Position numbers and translations under genes: made by a program. Positions 27,257 through 37,566 of a stretch of DNA of 64,000 nt are shown piece by piece. This stretch comes from Actinomycetota bacterium (GTDB lineage Bacteria; Actinomycetota; JBBINU01). The notes under the pieces were generated by a model that saw only the letters and a program-made list of their open reading frames with translations, did no database searches and had not been told where the DNA came from. The stretch is from positions 45,334-109,333 of the forward strand of contig JBBINU010000005.1 of NCBI GenBank assembly GCA_037443725.1, in the 5' to 3' direction. Each line of letters starts with the position of its first letter. The first letter of the stretch is position 1.

Positions 27257-28254
27257 GTCCCCGACCCGGACCTCGAACTCCCCCTCCGGGCTCAGGGTGC
27301 CCCCGGCGAGGAGCCGTCCTCTGCTTTAGCCTCCTCCTGGTCCTCACGGGCTGTTCGCCCAAGGCGCTTCTCGCGGCAACCGCCACCCCGACCCCGGCAG
27401 CGGTCGCTCCCTCCCCCACACCCAGTCCTTCTCCCGTCCCTCCGGTGAGTCCCTCGCCCGCGCCACCCCCGGAGGAAGGGGTGCTCATCGCAGGGGACAT
27501 AGGCGCCGGAGACGAGGGCGAGATGGAAGTAGCCCGAGCCATGGCCAAATGGGCGGAGAGCCGCCGGGTGCTTGCCCTCCTCCTGCTAGGGGACAACATC
27601 TACCCTGACGGTAACCCCGCCCGCTTTGCGGCGGCCATAGCCAGGCCCCTCCGGCCCTTGCTCGCCGCGGGGGTTCGCATTTATCCCGTCCTCGGGAACC
27701 ATGACGTCCTCTACGACGGCGGAGCCGGCGAACTCGGCCTCTTCGGCCTGGCCAGAAGCTATTACTCCTTCGAGATAGGCTCGGTGACCTACTTCGCCCT
27801 GGACTCCACGGCCTTCGGGCAGGAGCAGGCGGCCTGGCTCCGAAAGGCCCTGGCGGAGGCGGAGACCCCCTGGAAGGCGGTTTATCTGCACCATCCCCTT
27901 TACTCGTCCGGCCTTCACGGCCCTGACCTTGCCCTGAGGGCGGCCCTAGTTCCCCTGCTGAAGGAGGGAGGGGTCCAGCTCGTCCTCTCCGGGCACGACC
28001 ACGACTACGAGAGGACCCAGGCCATCGACGGAGTCGTCTATGTGGTTTCCGGCGGTGGGAGCTCGGTGCGACCGGTAGGCCGTTCGGCCTTCACGGCCGT
28101 CTCCGCCTCAAGACTCCACTTCCTATGGCTTCGGGCGGACCCTTACCGGCTCCAGGTGGAGGCCATCGGAACCGACGGGAAGCCCTTCGACGCCTTCGTG
28201 CTGGTAAAGGAGGGGTCGCGGGCCGAGCCAAGCCATCTGGTCCGCGCCGAATGA
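27253..28254 (+). CDS. Metallophosphoesterase (calcineurin-like / purple-acid-phosphatase-like) lipoprotein
   Basis: Lipobox [36 protein letters not shown] metal-ligand motifs. Start assigned to GTG 27253. Confidence 0.7.
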   Translation: MSPRPGPRTPPPGSGCPRRGAVLCFSLLLVLTGCSPKALLAATATPTPAAVAPSPTPSPSPVPPVSPSPAPPPEEGVLIAGDIGAGDEGEMEVARAMAKWAESRRVLALLLLGDNIYPDGNPARFAAAIARPLRPLLAAGVRIYPVLGNHDVLYDGGAGELGLFGLARSYYSFEIGSVTYFALDSTAFGQEQAAWLRKALAEAETPWKAVYLHHPLYSSGLHGPDLALRAALVPLLKEGGVQLVLSGHDHDYERTQAIDGVVYVVSGGGSSVRPVGRSAFTAVSASRLHFLWLRADPYRLQVEAIGTDGKPFDAFVLVKEGSRAEPSHLVRAE

Positions 28255-28276
28255 GCCCCCAAACGAAGGTTCTCCC

Positions 28277-28927
28277 TCACCCGAGAGGAGGGAGGCCAGC
28301 CAGGAGAGCCCTGACCGCCTCAGCCGGGTCGCGGGCCTCGGCCACGGCCCTCACCACAGCCACCCTCCGCGCGCCCGCCGCAACCACCTCACCGAGGTTC
28401 CCCGGGTCTATCCCCCCGATGGCGAACCAAGGCACCGCCGCCCGGCAGGCCGCATACCGGACGTACTCTAGGCCGGCGGCAGGCCTCCCCGGCTTCGTCG
28501 GCGTCTCCCAGACCGGCCCGCAGGCCACGTAATCGACGGGCTCTTCCGCCGCCCTGGCAAGGTCCTCGGGGGCGTGGGTGGACCTCCCCACGAGGAAGTC
28601 TTCTCCCAGGATCCTCCTAGCCCAGGCCGGCGGGAGGTCCTCCTGGCCGAGGTGCACCCCGTCGGCCCCCGCAGCGAGGGCGAGGTCGGCCCTGTCGTTC
28701 AGGATGAAAAGGGCCCCATGCTCCGCCGCCTCCTCCCGGAAGACCTCGGCCATCTCCAGCACCTCCAAGGCGGAAGCCTCTTTCTCCCTGAGCTGCACCA
28801 CGTCGACCCCGGCTCCCAGGATGGAGTGAAGAAACTCCTTGAGGTCCCCCTTCTCCCGCCGGCCGCCTGTAACCACGTAAAGCCGGGAGCGGGATAGCCT
28901 CTCCCTCCTCCACTCCCCCGACCTCAA
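28277..28927 (-). CDS. thiE: Thiamine-phosphate synthase ThiE
   Basis: LYVVTG...VQLREK...[12 protein letters not shown]...AIGGI. Confidence 0.85.
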   Translation of the reverse strand: MRSGEWRRERLSRSRLYVVTGGRREKGDLKEFLHSILGAGVDVVQLREKEASALEVLEMAEVFREEAAEHGALFILNDRADLALAAGADGVHLGQEDLPPAWARRILGEDFLVGRSTHAPEDLARAAEEPVDYVACGPVWETPTKPGRPAAGLEYVRYAACRAAVPWFAIGGIDPGNLGEVVAAGARRVAVVRAVAEARDPAEAVRALLAGLPPLG

Positions 28928-29128
28928 CTAGCCCCCCGCCACCGGTCTGACTATCTCGAGCCTGTCCCCCTCCTCCAGGATGACCCGGGAGAAGTCCTCC
29001 CTGGCCACAGGCTCCCCGTTCCTTTCCACCGCTACCCACCGGCCCCGAAGTCCCATGGAAATGAGGAACCCCTCGAGGGTTGTCCCCTCCTCAACCTCGT
29101 AGGCTTCGCCGTTGGCGAGGACCTTCAT
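28928..29128 (-). CDS. thiS: Sulfur carrier protein ThiS
   Basis: 66 aa ubiquitin-like protein ending in GG. Confidence 0.8.
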   Translation of the reverse strand: MKVLANGEAYEVEEGTTLEGFLISMGLRGRWVAVERNGEPVAREDFSRVILEEGDRLEIVRPVAGG

Positions 29129-30357
29129 CCTCTCCCGGAAAGGCCCTGAAGAGCTTTGGAAGGGCCTGGCCCGCCCGCGCCCTCCAGCGCCCGGCCAGCC
29201 CCGTTCCCTGAAGGGTCCACCCCGCCCCGCTCCAAAGGAACCCAGTCCTTCCAGACCGGGTCCAGCCCTTCCCTCGCCAGCGCCCGCGCCACCTCGTCGG
29301 CGCTCCTGGTGTCCGCGATGGCGAACTGCTCCTCCGCTTCATCGGGGTGGAGGTAGCCTCCCGGCTCGGTTCGCGAGCCCGCGCTCATCTGGGTCACAGC
29401 CACAAGCGCCAGGCCGTCCCTAAGCTCCGGCCTCTCCCTGGTGGAGAGAACGAGCCCGACATCGGGGAGGAAGATCCGGAGGGCCGCGTGGGCCTGGACG
29501 AACTCGGCGTCCTCCACCGGGTACCTGGGCCCGGGGAACCCGGCCGCGGGCCGGAGGCGGGGCAGGGAGAGGGTGACCTCCGCCCGCCAGTGCCTCTTCA
29601 GAAGGAACCGAGCGTGGGCGGCGAGGGCAAGAACCTCAACCCGCCAGTCCGGGGTTAGCCCAAGGAGAACTCCCAGGCCCACCCGGCGCATCCCGGCCCT
29701 GGTGGCCCGCTCCGGCGCACCCAGCCTCCAGAAGTAGTTCCTCTTGCTCCCCTTCAGGTGATAGGACGCGTAGGCCTCGCGGTCGTAGGTCTCCTGGTAG
29801 ACGACGACGCCGTCGGTCCCGGCCGCAGCCAGCCTTCGATACACCTCCTCCGGCCATGTCTGGGTCTCGATGGAGACGTTGGCGAAGCCGAGGGCGTGAA
29901 CCCTAGCCACCACTTCTTCGAGATAGTCGGGGTTCACCCAGTGGGGCTGCTCCCCGGAGACCAGCAGGATGTGCCTGAACCCCCGCTCGTAAAGGGCTCT
30001 CGCCTCGGCCTCCACCTCCTCGGGGGCGAGGGTCTTTCGGACGATCCCGCGGTTCCAAGCTGAGAAGCCGCAGTACGTGCAGACGCTGGCGCAGTGGTTG
30101 GAAAGGTAGAGGGGGGCGAAGAGCCTCATGGTCCTCCCGAACCTTCTCTCCCTCACCCTGGCAGCCACTTCTGCAAGCTCACCGAGAAGCCGACCGGCCG
30201 CGGGTGAGAGAAGGACCGCGAGGTCGTAAAGGTCGAAAGAGGGCCGAGAAAGAGCCCTCCTCACTCCCTCGGGACCTTCCTTCTCCGCCTGGCGAGCGAG
30301 GCCAACGAGATCCAGGGAGGCGAGGTACTCCTCGAAGGTGTCAGGCAGGGAGGGCAT
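29125..30357 (-). CDS. thiH: 2-iminoacetate synthase ThiH (radical SAM)
   Basis: CASVCTYCGF radical-SAM cluster motif. ThiH/BioB-like fold. Confidence 0.8.
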   Translation of the reverse strand: MPSLPDTFEEYLASLDLVGLARQAEKEGPEGVRRALSRPSFDLYDLAVLLSPAAGRLLGELAEVAARVRERRFGRTMRLFAPLYLSNHCASVCTYCGFSAWNRGIVRKTLAPEEVEAEARALYERGFRHILLVSGEQPHWVNPDYLEEVVARVHALGFANVSIETQTWPEEVYRRLAAAGTDGVVVYQETYDREAYASYHLKGSKRNYFWRLGAPERATRAGMRRVGLGVLLGLTPDWRVEVLALAAHARFLLKRHWRAEVTLSLPRLRPAAGFPGPRYPVEDAEFVQAHAALRIFLPDVGLVLSTRERPELRDGLALVAVTQMSAGSRTEPGGYLHPDEAEEQFAIADTRSADEVARALAREGLDPVWKDWVPLERGGVDPSGNGAGRALEGAGGPGPSKALQGLSGRG

Positions 30358-30363
30358 CCGGAC

Positions 30364-31164
30364 TCACCTCGCAGCCCCGAGCCGCTCCAGGAAACCGTGG
30401 AGAGGGCTGGAGGCTTCTGCCACCTCCTTCTTGGGCGCGAGGCCGGCCAGGTAGGCTGCCCTTCCCGCCTCCACGGCCAGCTTGAAGGCCCGCGCCATCT
30501 CCACAGGATCCCTGGCCACCGCGATGGCCGTGTTCACCAGGACAGCGTCCACCCCCATCTCCATTGCCTCCGCGGCATGGGATGGGGCCCCTATGCCGGC
30601 GTCCACCACCACCGGAACGGTCGCCTGCTCAACTATGACCCTTATCCCGTCCCTGGTGCGGAGCCCCTGGGCCGACCCGATCCAGGAACCCAGGGGCATG
30701 ACAGTGGCGCACCCCACCTCCTCCAGCCTCTTGGCCAGCACCGGGTCGGCCCCTATGTAGGGGAGGACGACGAAACCCTCGGCCACCAACCGCTCGGCCG
30801 CTCTCAGGGTCTCCACCGGATCCGGCAGCAGATATCTGGGTTCCGGGGTCACCTCGAGCTTCACCCAATTGGGCAGGCCCATGGCCCTGGCGAGCCTGGC
30901 TATACGCACCGCCTCCTCGGCGTCCATCGCCCCGGAGGTGTTGGGTAGGACGAGGTACCTCTCGGGATCGATGTACTCAAGGATGTCCGGGCCGGCGGTG
31001 GGGTGGAGATCGACCCGGCGGACCGCCACCGTCACCATCTCCGTGCCCGATGCCTCGAGGGCGTCCTGCATCACCTGGTGAGAGGAGAACTTCCCCGTGC
31101 CCAAAATCAGCCGCGACCGAAAGCTTCTCCCTGCTATGACGAGGGGGTCGTCCCTAGCTCCCAT
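30364..31164 (-). CDS. thiG: Thiazole synthase ThiG
   Basis: [34 protein letters not shown] 31164 follows GGTGAGG. Confidence 0.85.
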   Translation of the reverse strand: MGARDDPLVIAGRSFRSRLILGTGKFSSHQVMQDALEASGTEMVTVAVRRVDLHPTAGPDILEYIDPERYLVLPNTSGAMDAEEAVRIARLARAMGLPNWVKLEVTPEPRYLLPDPVETLRAAERLVAEGFVVLPYIGADPVLAKRLEEVGCATVMPLGSWIGSAQGLRTRDGIRVIVEQATVPVVVDAGIGAPSHAAEAMEMGVDAVLVNTAIAVARDPVEMARAFKLAVEAGRAAYLAGLAPKKEVAEASSPLHGFLERLGAAR

Positions 31165-31251
31165 CCTCACCACCCGCTTCCTCGGCCATTATAGGCGCCC
31201 TACGGTTAACCCACGGGCCAGGGGAGTCCGGGGCCGGAGGAGACCCGGGAC

Positions 31252-31605
31252 CTAAGGCCGGAGGAGGTCGAGACCGCCGAGGATGGCCTCCGCCCTTTCC
31301 ATCTCAGCCATAACCCAGGCAGCATCGGGCCTGCCGCGGGCGTCGGCGGGCGGGAAAAGGAGAAGAGAGTCGGGGTCCGCGGAGGTGGCCAGGCCCCTGC
31401 TCCGCAGGTAGTCTCCGAGGGAGAACTCCCAGCTGAAGAGGGCCTCACCAGACCTGGTCAGGTGGACGAAGTAGACGAGATAGGGATTTAACCTCATGGC
31501 GTACCTCCAGCCACGCCTCCCCTCCTCCACCAGCCGGAACCCGAGCGCCTCCAGGGCTTTATGGAACTCATCCCAGCCCTCCGGAGCCCTCCTCCCGAAA
31601 GGCAC
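31252..31605 (-). CDS. Hypothetical protein
   Basis: 117 aa ORF with normal composition (YLVYFVHLTRSGEALFSWEFSLGDYL), upstream of thiG on the same strand. No family recognised. Confidence 0.35.
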   Translation of the reverse strand: MPFGRRAPEGWDEFHKALEALGFRLVEEGRRGWRYAMRLNPYLVYFVHLTRSGEALFSWEFSLGDYLRSRGLATSADPDSLLLFPPADARGRPDAAWVMAEMERAEAILGGLDLLRP

Positions 31606-31611
31606 CGCCGG

Positions 31612-32493
31612 CTACCCCCTTCCTCCCGGTGCAAGAGGCGAGACGCGGGATGGTTTCATCCCCAAGGTTCCCCACCCCCCTTTACCCGGAACGTTGTCCA
31701 GCATGACCATGGCGAGCTGCCCGCGGGTCACCAGGGGCCGACGGGCAAGCTTCTCCTGGAAAAAGGCGAAGGGATAGGCCGTCCAAAGGGGGACCGAGAC
31801 CAGAGCCCTCGCCATCCCGGCCTCCCTGAGAATCCTCTCGGTTATCTCCCGGAAGGTGAGGACCTCGGGGCCACCCAGGTCGAGCTCCTTCCCGACCGTC
31901 TCGCCTCTCTCCAGACACCTCGCCACAGCCTCCGCCACATCTGCTGCGGCCACAGGCTGGAACCGCGTCCTTCCGCCCAGGGGAAGGGGGTAGACAGGGG
32001 AGAACCTAGCCAGGGTGAGGATGGGATGGAGGAAGCCGGCCCCCTCGCCGAGAATGACGGAGGGCCTGAGAATGGTCCAGGCGAGCCCCGAGCCCCTCAC
32101 TACCTCTTCCCCGAGCCACTTGGACCTGAGGTACGGGAAGCGGGGGTCGGGTCCGGCTCCGAAGGCGCTCATGTGCACGAATCTCGTCACCCCCGCCCTC
32201 CGGGCAGCCTCCACCGCTGCCTGGGTTCCCCCAACGTTAACCGAATCGAAGGTCTCCTCCCCTCTCTCCACGATGACGGCCACGAGGTGGACCACGGCGT
32301 CGCAACCGGCGAAGGCCATCTCCAGAGATTCCGGCGAAAGATCGGCCCGCCTCACCTCCACCCCTTCGGGGAGGAGGTTCCTCGCCCTGGAGGGGTCCCG
32401 CGCGGCCGCCACCGGCAGGACACCCCTCCTCAGCAGCTCCCTCACCACATGGCGCCCAACGAATCCTGTGGCTCCCGTCACTGCCACACGCAT
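31612..32493 (-). CDS. NAD(P)H-binding atypical SDR (NDUFA9 / NmrA-like epimerase family)
   Basis: VAVTGATGFVGRHVVREL Rossmann start. Complex-I NDUFA9-like architecture. Confidence 0.7.
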   Translation of the reverse strand: MRVAVTGATGFVGRHVVRELLRRGVLPVAAARDPSRARNLLPEGVEVRRADLSPESLEMAFAGCDAVVHLVAVIVERGEETFDSVNVGGTQAAVEAARRAGVTRFVHMSAFGAGPDPRFPYLRSKWLGEEVVRGSGLAWTILRPSVILGEGAGFLHPILTLARFSPVYPLPLGGRTRFQPVAAADVAEAVARCLERGETVGKELDLGGPEVLTFREITERILREAGMARALVSVPLWTAYPFAFFQEKLARRPLVTRGQLAMVMLDNVPGKGGWGTLGMKPSRVSPLAPGGRG

Positions 32494-32594
32494 ACCTGGC
32501 CTCCCTTCTCGGGGTTCGCCCGCCCTAGAGGGCGAGTCTATAGCCCCCTCCCTTCCTCCGGAGGCTCGAGCCCCCCGCCGGATAGAATCAGCGC

Positions 32595-34406
32595 GTGGTC
32601 GGCCTCGTTCTCGGCGCCCGATACGAGGTCATAAGGAAGCTGGGTTCGGGGGGGATGGCCGAGGTCTTCCTCGCCAGGGACCGGGTCCTGGAGAGGGAGG
32701 TGGCCGTGAAGACCCTCCACCCCGGCCTGGCTCAGGACCCCCGGTTTCTGGAGCGTTTCAGGAGGGAAGCGCGGGCGGCCGCCTCCCTCGCGCATCCCCG
32801 GGTAGTCCAGGTCTTCGACTGGGGCGAGGAGTCGGGTCAGCCCTACATAGTCATGGAGTACGTCCCGGGCCCCTCCCTTAGACAGGTTCTCCACGCCCGG
32901 GGAAGACTCACGGTGGAGGAGACCCTGCATGTGGCGGTGGGAGTGCTGGACGCCCTGGAGGCGGCGCACCAGGCAGGCCTGGTTCACAGGGACATAAAGC
33001 CTGAGAACATCCTCCTCGCCAAGGGAGGCCCCAAGGTTGCTGACTTCGGCCTCGTAAGAGCCCTTGCAGAGGCGCCCCTCTCCGGTGCCCACCTCTTCGG
33101 CACCCCCCAGTACCTCTCACCTGAACAGGTAAGAGGGTTCCCGGCTGAGGCTCCAAGTGACCTCTACTCCCTCGGGATTGTCCTCTACGAATGCCTCACC
33201 GGGGAGGCCCCCTTCAAGGGCGAGAACCCCGTTGCGGTCGCCCTTGACCGGCTGAGCCGAACCATCCCTCCCCCCTCCGCTCTGGTCCCCGAGGTTCCTC
33301 CTGGGGTCGACAGCCTCGTCCTCGCCCTCACCAGGGCTCGGGCGGAAGACCGCCCCTCCACGAGCGAGGCCCTGGCTGTGGCGCGGGCCCTCCTCAGGGG
33401 TGAGGACCCGTCCCTCCAGGTCGCACCGGGGGAGGAGACCCGAGCCGCTCCGCACGCCGCCGCCACCGAGGCCATCCAGGTCGGGGCCGCGGAGAAGACC
33501 CTCGCTCTCCCCATGAATCGCGCACGGAAGGGAAGGTTCACCCTCGGCTTTCTTGCCCTGGCAGCCCTCACGGGACTCGGGGTTCTCCTGGGGAGGCAGG
33601 CAGCGGCCTGGCTTAAACCCGTCCCCGTCCCCGCCGTCCTCGGCCTCGAATACCCAAAGGCTGTGGCTAGCCTCAAGGAGCGCGGATTCCGGGCCGAGGT
33701 GGCAGGTCAGATCTACTCCTCCGAGTACTCCGAGGGGACCGTGGCTAGGCAGGAACCTCCCCCTCAGGCTCTCCTCCGCAGGGGAAGCACGGTAAGGCTC
33801 TGGACGAGCCTGGGGAAGCCGAAGAGGAAGGTCCCGAGCGTCCTCGGCCTGGACGTGGATGAAGCCAGGAGAACCCTGGAAGAGGCCGGCTTTCGCCTGG
33901 GAGAGATAACGCAGGTCTACGACGATCGCGTCCCCTCCGGCCGGGTCGTCGAACAGAACCCCAAGGCCGAGACCAACCTCGAGGTGGGAAGCAGCGTGGA
34001 CATCGCGGTGAGCAAGGGTCCCCGGCCGGTAGCCGTTCCTAGCGTGGTGGGGAAGACGCTGGATGAAGCCGAGGCTGCCCTGGCGGAGGCGGGCCTCAAG
34101 GCCCAGGTCACCCAGGAATACAGCGACACCGTCCCGGAGGGGCGCGTCATCTCACAGAGCCCCAAGGCCGGTACCTTCCTCCCGCCCGGCTCCACCGTCC
34201 GCCTCGTGGTGAGCAGGGGGCCGGCGCCCGTTCAGGTTCCTGACGTCGAGGGCAAGAAGCTTGAGGACGCCCTGAGGATCCTTTCGAGCGCAGGACTCAA
34301 GGCCAGCGTGAGCCGTCTCGGGCCTGGAAACCGGGTCGTATACCAGCTACCCCCACCTGGCACTACGGTGAGGCGGGGCAGCACCGTGCAACTGTGGGTG
34401 GGTTAG
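32595..34406 (+). CDS. pknB: Ser/Thr protein kinase with four C-terminal PASTA domains (PknB-like)
   Basis: GSGGMAEVF...VAVK, HRDIKPENIL, DFGL kinase motifs. TM segment then four PASTA repeats. Confidence 0.9.
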   Translation: MVGLVLGARYEVIRKLGSGGMAEVFLARDRVLEREVAVKTLHPGLAQDPRFLERFRREARAAASLAHPRVVQVFDWGEESGQPYIVMEYVPGPSLRQVLHARGRLTVEETLHVAVGVLDALEAAHQAGLVHRDIKPENILLAKGGPKVADFGLVRALAEAPLSGAHLFGTPQYLSPEQVRGFPAEAPSDLYSLGIVLYECLTGEAPFKGENPVAVALDRLSRTIPPPSALVPEVPPGVDSLVLALTRARAEDRPSTSEALAVARALLRGEDPSLQVAPGEETRAAPHAAATEAIQVGAAEKTLALPMNRARKGRFTLGFLALAALTGLGVLLGRQAAAWLKPVPVPAVLGLEYPKAVASLKERGFRAEVAGQIYSSEYSEGTVARQEPPPQALLRRGSTVRLWTSLGKPKRKVPSVLGLDVDEARRTLEEAGFRLGEITQVYDDRVPSGRVVEQNPKAETNLEVGSSVDIAVSKGPRPVAVPSVVGKTLDEAEAALAEAGLKAQVTQEYSDTVPEGRVISQSPKAGTFLPPGSTVRLVVSRGPAPVQVPDVEGKKLEDALRILSSAGLKASVSRLGPGNRVVYQLPPPGTTVRRGSTVQLWVG

Positions 34407-34500
34407 AACCCCGCCCCCCGCGGGGCCGGCGTAAACCGCCAGGTTCTAGAATGCACTCACCCGGCAGTTGGGTCACGGTCAAGAACTGGCAGCCGCAGAG

Positions 34501-35373
34501 ATGCAGCAGGCGGGCAGGGGTCCGCGCATAGGGGCGCATGTCCCCGTTGCCGGCGGCCTCCTCAAGGGGGTCGCCAATGCCGTTGCAGCCTCATGCGAGA
34601 CCTTCCAGATCTTCGTCTCCAACCCCAGAGGCTGGGCCATGCCCGAGCCCGACCCCTCCGAGGACCGAGAGTTCCGGGCCAGGGCCGCCGCCGCCGGCCT
34701 GGATCCGCTCTTCGTCCACGCCCCCTACCTGGTGAACCTGGCCTCCCCCTCGGATGAGGTTTACGAGAAATCCGTAAGAGCCCTCGCCTACCAGATGAAG
34801 CGGTCCAGGGAGCTCGGTGCGGCAGGCCTGGTGGTGCACACCGGGGCCGAGGCTGGCGGCGGGGACAGGAGGGCCGCCATGGCGAAGGCGCGGGAGGCTC
34901 TCCTTCGGCTCCTCTCCCGAGAGCCGGGCCCCCTCCTCCTGTTGGAGCTTACCGCAGGTGGTGCGGGCACCCTGGCGGCAACCCTGCCTGAGGCCAGGGA
35001 GCTGCTGGAGCTCCTCGATGGCCATCCGAGGGTCGGGTTCTGCCTCGACACTTGCCACCTGTTTGCGGCCGGCTATGAGCTCCGCACCCCTGGAGCCATC
35101 AATGCCCTCGCGGAGGAGGTAGAGCGGGAGGTGGGTTGGGAGAGGGTTCATCTGATCCACGCCAACGACTCCCGGGACCCCCTCGGCTCCAGGAGGGATA
35201 GGCACTGGCACATCGGTGAGGGCGAGATAGGGAGGGAGGCCTTCAGGCTTCTCGTGAATCACCCCGCCTTCTCCCGGCTCCCGCTCATCGTTGAGACCCC
35301 GGGCGACGTCCCGGACCACAGGAAGAACGTGGAGACCCTGAGATCCCTCTGGAAGCAGGCGAGCCAGAGTTGA
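34501..35373 (+). CDS. nfo: Endonuclease IV (AP endonuclease family 2)
   Basis: RIGAHVPVAGG, LVVHTG, HLIHANDS TIM-barrel metal-site motifs. Confidence 0.8.
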   Translation: MQQAGRGPRIGAHVPVAGGLLKGVANAVAASCETFQIFVSNPRGWAMPEPDPSEDREFRARAAAAGLDPLFVHAPYLVNLASPSDEVYEKSVRALAYQMKRSRELGAAGLVVHTGAEAGGGDRRAAMAKAREALLRLLSREPGPLLLLELTAGGAGTLAATLPEARELLELLDGHPRVGFCLDTCHLFAAGYELRTPGAINALAEEVEREVGWERVHLIHANDSRDPLGSRRDRHWHIGEGEIGREAFRLLVNHPAFSRLPLIVETPGDVPDHRKNVETLRSLWKQASQS

Positions 35374-36695
35374 GCATGATGGACGAGTCCCGCCACCCAG
35401 GGGAAACGGGAGATGACCCCACCGCCGAGGACCCAGCCCTTTTAGGGGCGGCGCCCTCTCCCCTCCCCCACCACCCGCTCGCTCCCTTGAGGATCCCCGG
35501 GTTTCTCCTCTTCTGGGTGGGAAACCTCCTTTCCAACACGGGAACATGGGTCCAGAACGTGGTCCAGACTTTCCTCATCCAGCAGGCCACGGGGAGGGCG
35601 GGCATGGTGGGTATGCTCAACTTTGTCTACTTCGGGCCGACCCTCTTCCTCGCACCCCTGGGAGGCCTCCTCGCCGACCGGCTGGACCGCCGCCGCCTGC
35701 TCATCTTCACCCAGGTGGTGGCGGGAGCTCTGGCTCTCGCCCTCGCCGTCGCCTCCGTCAACGGAAAACCCAGTGTCCCGTTGCTCTTCGCTGTGGCCCT
35801 CGGAACGGGGTTCATGGTGGCCGCAGCCAACCCGGCAATGCAGGCGCTCATCCCCGCCCTGGTGGGTCTCTCCCTCCTTCCCCAGGCCCTCGCCCTGAAC
35901 GCCCTTACCTTCAATGCCTCCCGGGCGCTCGGCCCGGCCCTCGGCGGTTTCGTGGGAGAGCGATTCGGATACGCCGCGGCTTTCTTCCTGAACTCCGCCA
36001 GCTACTTCCTCTTCGCTCTCGCCCTCCTCCCGGTGAGAGTGCCATCGCCCCCGAGGGAGTCGGGCCCCCGGACCAGCATCAGAGAAGCCCTGGTGAATAG
36101 GGGAATCCTCCGCGATCTCTTCCTCGCCGCCGCCGCGGGATGGTCCATAGACCCCGTCATCACCCTCGCTCCGGCTTACGCCATAAAGGTCTTCCGGGCG
36201 GGCGCGAGCACCACCGGGGCCATCCTAGGCGCCTTCGGAGCCGGAACGCTTCTCGCCCCTCTCACAGTGAGCTGGGCCAGGGGGAAGCGGCTCGCACGGG
36301 TTCTCCCCCTCACCTTCTCCGTTCTCTTCCTCTCCCTCGCGGCCTTTGCGCTCCTCGCCGGAACCGGGTCCGCCCTCGCCCTCCTCCCCCTTGGTGGCCT
36401 CGCCTTCCTCACCACCAGCACTCTCATCACCACAGACCTTCAGAGGGCGACCACCGAGGACTTCAGAGGGAGGGTGATGAGCCTCTGGGCCGTGGCCTTC
36501 CTCGGAACCAGGCCCATTGCCTCGGCCGCCGACGGATTCCTCGCGGACCTGGTGGGGGTGAGGATCTCGACGGTTCTCATGGCAGGCCTCGCCCTGGTGG
36601 CCGCTGGAGTGGCGTGGCGCTCCCAGGAGGCCACCTTCGGCCGCCCGCGCCCCCGCGCACCAGACCGGTTCCTACCTGGGAGGGAAGAGTCCTGA
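35370..36695 (+). CDS. MFS transporter
   Basis: 12 TM helices. DRLDRRRLL MFS loop motif. ATGA overlap with nfo. Confidence 0.8.
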   Translation: MSMMDESRHPGETGDDPTAEDPALLGAAPSPLPHHPLAPLRIPGFLLFWVGNLLSNTGTWVQNVVQTFLIQQATGRAGMVGMLNFVYFGPTLFLAPLGGLLADRLDRRRLLIFTQVVAGALALALAVASVNGKPSVPLLFAVALGTGFMVAAANPAMQALIPALVGLSLLPQALALNALTFNASRALGPALGGFVGERFGYAAAFFLNSASYFLFALALLPVRVPSPPRESGPRTSIREALVNRGILRDLFLAAAAGWSIDPVITLAPAYAIKVFRAGASTTGAILGAFGAGTLLAPLTVSWARGKRLARVLPLTFSVLFLSLAAFALLAGTGSALALLPLGGLAFLTTSTLITTDLQRATTEDFRGRVMSLWAVAFLGTRPIASAADGFLADLVGVRISTVLMAGLALVAAGVAWRSQEATFGRPRPRAPDRFLPGREES

Positions 36696-36745
36696 CTTAT
36701 CCTTCTCCCTGGTAAGGGTGCGTCCGTCGCCGGCCTGCGGGAGGG

Positions 36746-37387
36746 GTGAGAGTGGAACTTCAAGAGGCGAGGGGGCGAATACCCCCGGGACAGTACGTCA
36801 GCCAGAAGTGGCCCGTTCTCCACGTGGGACCCGTCCCGCCTTTCGACCCGGGCCGCTGGGACCTCAAGGTCTTCGGGCTTGTGGAAGAGGAGCTGGTCCT
36901 GGGGTGGGAGGAGTTCTCGCGCCTGCCCAGGAAGAAGGTGCTGGCGGACTTTCACTGTGTCACGCGTTTCAGCGTTCTCAACAACCTCTGGGAAGGGGTG
37001 AGTAGCCGGACCTTGCTGGAACTGGCCCGTCCGAAGGCCACGGCCAGGCACGTCCTCGTCTGGGCCGAGTACGGGTACAGCGCCAACCTAACCCTCGAGG
37101 ACTTCCTCCGCGACGATGTTCTCTTCGCCCTCAGGAGAAACGGGGAGCCCCTTTCTCCGGAGCACGGCGGACCCGTGAGGCTCGTGGTTCCCCACCTCTA
37201 CGCCTGGAAGAGCGTGAAGTGGGTGAGGGGTGTCGAGGTCCTGGAGGAGGAAGTTCTCGGGTACTGGGAGGCGAGAGGCTACCACCGCCGCGGGGACCCC
37301 TGGGCTGAGGAGCGGTTCGCTCTAGCTCCCGTGCCGCCCATGAGGGCGAGGGTATGGAGGAGAGGGGGCGGACCCCTCCAGGGGTGA
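36746..37387 (+). CDS. Sulfite-oxidase-family molybdopterin-binding domain protein (YedY/MsrP-like)
   Basis: PPGQYVSQKWPVLHVGPVP, DFHCVTRFS (Mo-ligand Cys), LRRNGEPL, HLYAWKSVKWV. Confidence 0.7.
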   Translation: MRVELQEARGRIPPGQYVSQKWPVLHVGPVPPFDPGRWDLKVFGLVEEELVLGWEEFSRLPRKKVLADFHCVTRFSVLNNLWEGVSSRTLLELARPKATARHVLVWAEYGYSANLTLEDFLRDDVLFALRRNGEPLSPEHGGPVRLVVPHLYAWKSVKWVRGVEVLEEEVLGYWEARGYHRRGDPWAEERFALAPVPPMRARVWRRGGGPLQG

Positions 37388-37404
37388 GACGGGCCCGGCC
37401 AGCC

Positions 37405-37433
37405 GTTGACAGACCCAGCGCGATGAGCTAGAT
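37405..37433 (+). promoter_or_regulatory. Sigma70-like promoter TTGACA-17-TAGATT for the aroG leader
   Basis: TTGACA at 37405-37410 and TAGATT at 37428-37433, exactly 17 nt apart. Confidence 0.5.
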
Positions 37434-37441
37434 TGCCCGCG

Positions 37442-37522
37442 CATGAAGGTCTGGGTAGGGCAGCGATTTTGGTTCTATGCCCCTGGGCGCCCGGCGGGCG
37501 CTGGGGTTCGCTGCCTGGCCTA
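37442..37522 (+). CDS. Aromatic-rich leader peptide MKVWVGQRFWFYAPGRPAGAGVRCLA (leaderless)
   Basis: ATG lies 9 nt after the -10. The consecutive TTT TGG TTC TAT codons and an earlier TGG give 5 aromatic residues in 26. A terminator hairpin follows. Confidence 0.5.
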
Positions 37523-37539
37523 GGCGAAAGAGGACCCAG

Positions 37540-37566
37540 AGCCCCCGGGAGCCCCCGGGGGCTTTT
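37540..37566 (+). terminator. Attenuator terminator: GCCCCCGGG-agcc-CCCGGGGGC stem followed by TTTTA
   Basis: Perfect 9-bp GC stem plus T-tract, about 75 nt upstream of the DAHP synthase start. Confidence 0.55.

Noticed and set aside
31174-31330. Possible TPP riboswitch upstream of thiG (GGCUGAGA ... CCGUAGGG on the minus strand)
   Set aside because: The CUGAGA-like and GUAGGG-like elements are ~100 nt apart rather than ~45 nt. There is no ACCUGAUC/UAAUACC core. Most of it lies inside a plausible coding ORF.
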